DNA of 22,075 nt from assembly GCA_001179505.1 (NCBI GenBank), contig CDMY01000775.1, positions 1 to 22,075 on the forward strand, read 5' to 3'. The DNA comes from Vitrella brassicaformis CCMP3155 (taxonomy: Eukaryota > Protista > Chromerida). The notes beneath the pieces are model-generated. The model was not told the DNA's origin. It searched no databases and was given only the letters and a program-made list of their open reading frames with translations. The stretch's first letter is position 1, and each line of letters starts with the position of its first letter. This document shows positions 20,969 to 22,075 of this stretch, piece by piece. The position numbers were made by a program, and so were the translations under genes.

Positions 20969-21458
20969 ACACCCCAGGGACGGCTCTCCTTCCCTCCACC
21001 CGTCAGATGGGCGTGTCTGCCGTCGCTGCCGAAGTCTGCAAGGGATGCTGCCATCGAGCCAACGGCTCAATCACGGAGGGTATCACCAGAAGGGGTGTAT
21101 GACGAGTATGTCAATGATGTGATGCACATACACATGCCGGAGGCACTGCATGGATGGATCCATCGCTACCTGAGACGCCATGGCGAGGTGGTGTCATACT
21201 GCTTTGTGTGCGCCCGGCTGAGAGGCGAGCGACGAGCGAAGAGAGTACATGATAGAGGGGCATACAGCGGCTAATGAGAGAGCATGAGAGAGTGTGAGAG
21301 CGGTCGGCAACTGGATTTATAAGGACGGACGGCAACAAGGGGTGGGCTTGGCTTACATACACGTGGCGAGGGGCATCAATGCATGGATGGTGAAGTCATT
21401 TTCGGAAAAAATCTGTGTAGGCGGTGGAGCACTTGCAGAGTACACACACCACGTTGGC

Positions 21459-21895
21459 GTTTGGCGCGTGTGCCATGCACTGCGCGTTGTGACCCCCCTG
21501 CACATGGCACTCCTTTCCCGTGTGTGGCGATGCGGCGCCTCGGCGATTCGGCGATCGGAGTGAAGCGCGGGTGAAGCGGACTGCGGCGGACTCCGGAGTC
21601 CGCGGCAGAGAGTTTCACCCGAGCGATCGGAGTGAGACTCTCCCCTCGATCCGTTCCTCCGGGGTTTAGGCACTGCGCTCGTCGACGCGTGACAGGCCGC
21701 CCCACACTGGTCTGTCCGTCCCATGCACGTTCCCTTACTGCTTTCTTCCCCACCCTCCCCCCCTTTTTTAAGATCGTAACGGTCGCGCGTCCCCCCTGAC
21801 CTGCGTCAGGGCGATGGTGTTTGGCGCGTGTGCCATGCACCGGGCGTTGTGACCCCCCTGCGCATGGCACTCCTTTCCCGTGTGTGGCGATGCGG
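21459..21895 (+). repeat. 77-bp direct repeat pair (21459-21535 and 21819-21895), 360 bp apart
   Basis: GTTTGGCGCGTGTGCCATGCAC...CATGGCACTCCTTTCCCGTGTGTGGCGATGCGGC with 3 mismatches. Weaker similarity continues to CGGAGTGARGCGCGGGTGAA. Confidence 0.95.
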
Positions 21896-22075
21896 CTCGG
21901 AGTGAGGCGCGGGTGAAACCTTACGAAACTGCCAGGATCGAAAGGTACACACTAACATCTAATTAGCTCGCATAGCTCGCACCGCTCGAACCGCTCTCTA
22001 GGCATCGTGTGAGGCGATTTGGCGGCCATTCCTGAAGACCTGGGGAAGCTGAATGAAGAGGTGCTTGCTCGTGAA

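Noticed and set aside
20147-21070. Long ORFs spanning the N run
   Set aside because: Artefacts of the gap being translated as X.
22018-22075. Possible ORF start LAAIPEDLGKLNEEVLARE at the window end
   Set aside because: Too short, no ATG, and truncated by the window edge.
1-22075. tRNA, rRNA, snRNA or spliced-leader genes
   Set aside because: No recognisable cloverleaf or conserved RNA motifs found by eye.

Overview
Eukaryotic, intron-rich window with short spliceosomal introns (about 34-110 nt) and ACAG/GATG/TG microsatellites. The style suggests a chromerid alveolate such as Vitrella brassicaformis; this is inference, not verified. Two genes could be rebuilt exon by exon on the minus strand: pelota/Dom34 (16186-18430, 17 exons, 414 aa, one GC-AG intron) and a secreted, bacterial-type GH97 glycoside hydrolase (11823-14464, 10 exons, probably the retaining type). 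The window also holds an unknown multi-exon gene running off the left end (1-3137, minus), an unknown gene (about 8608-9780, minus), several stop-containing pseudogenes, a CRE-like retrotransposon fragment and a 300-N gap. The most unusual signal is non-coding. A family of 13-8-13 quasi-palindromic sites has loxP/FRT-like geometry. Two of them (6145-6178 and 11011-11044) share an identical 8-bp spacer in direct orientation. Others form inward-facing 47-bp arrays (10179-10319 and about 11003-11103) that enclose a telomeric-repeat hairpin and a fold-back. A separate pair of about 220-bp inverted repeats brackets pelota. No recombinase or transposase gene was identified in the window, so all mechanistic readings are hypotheses.
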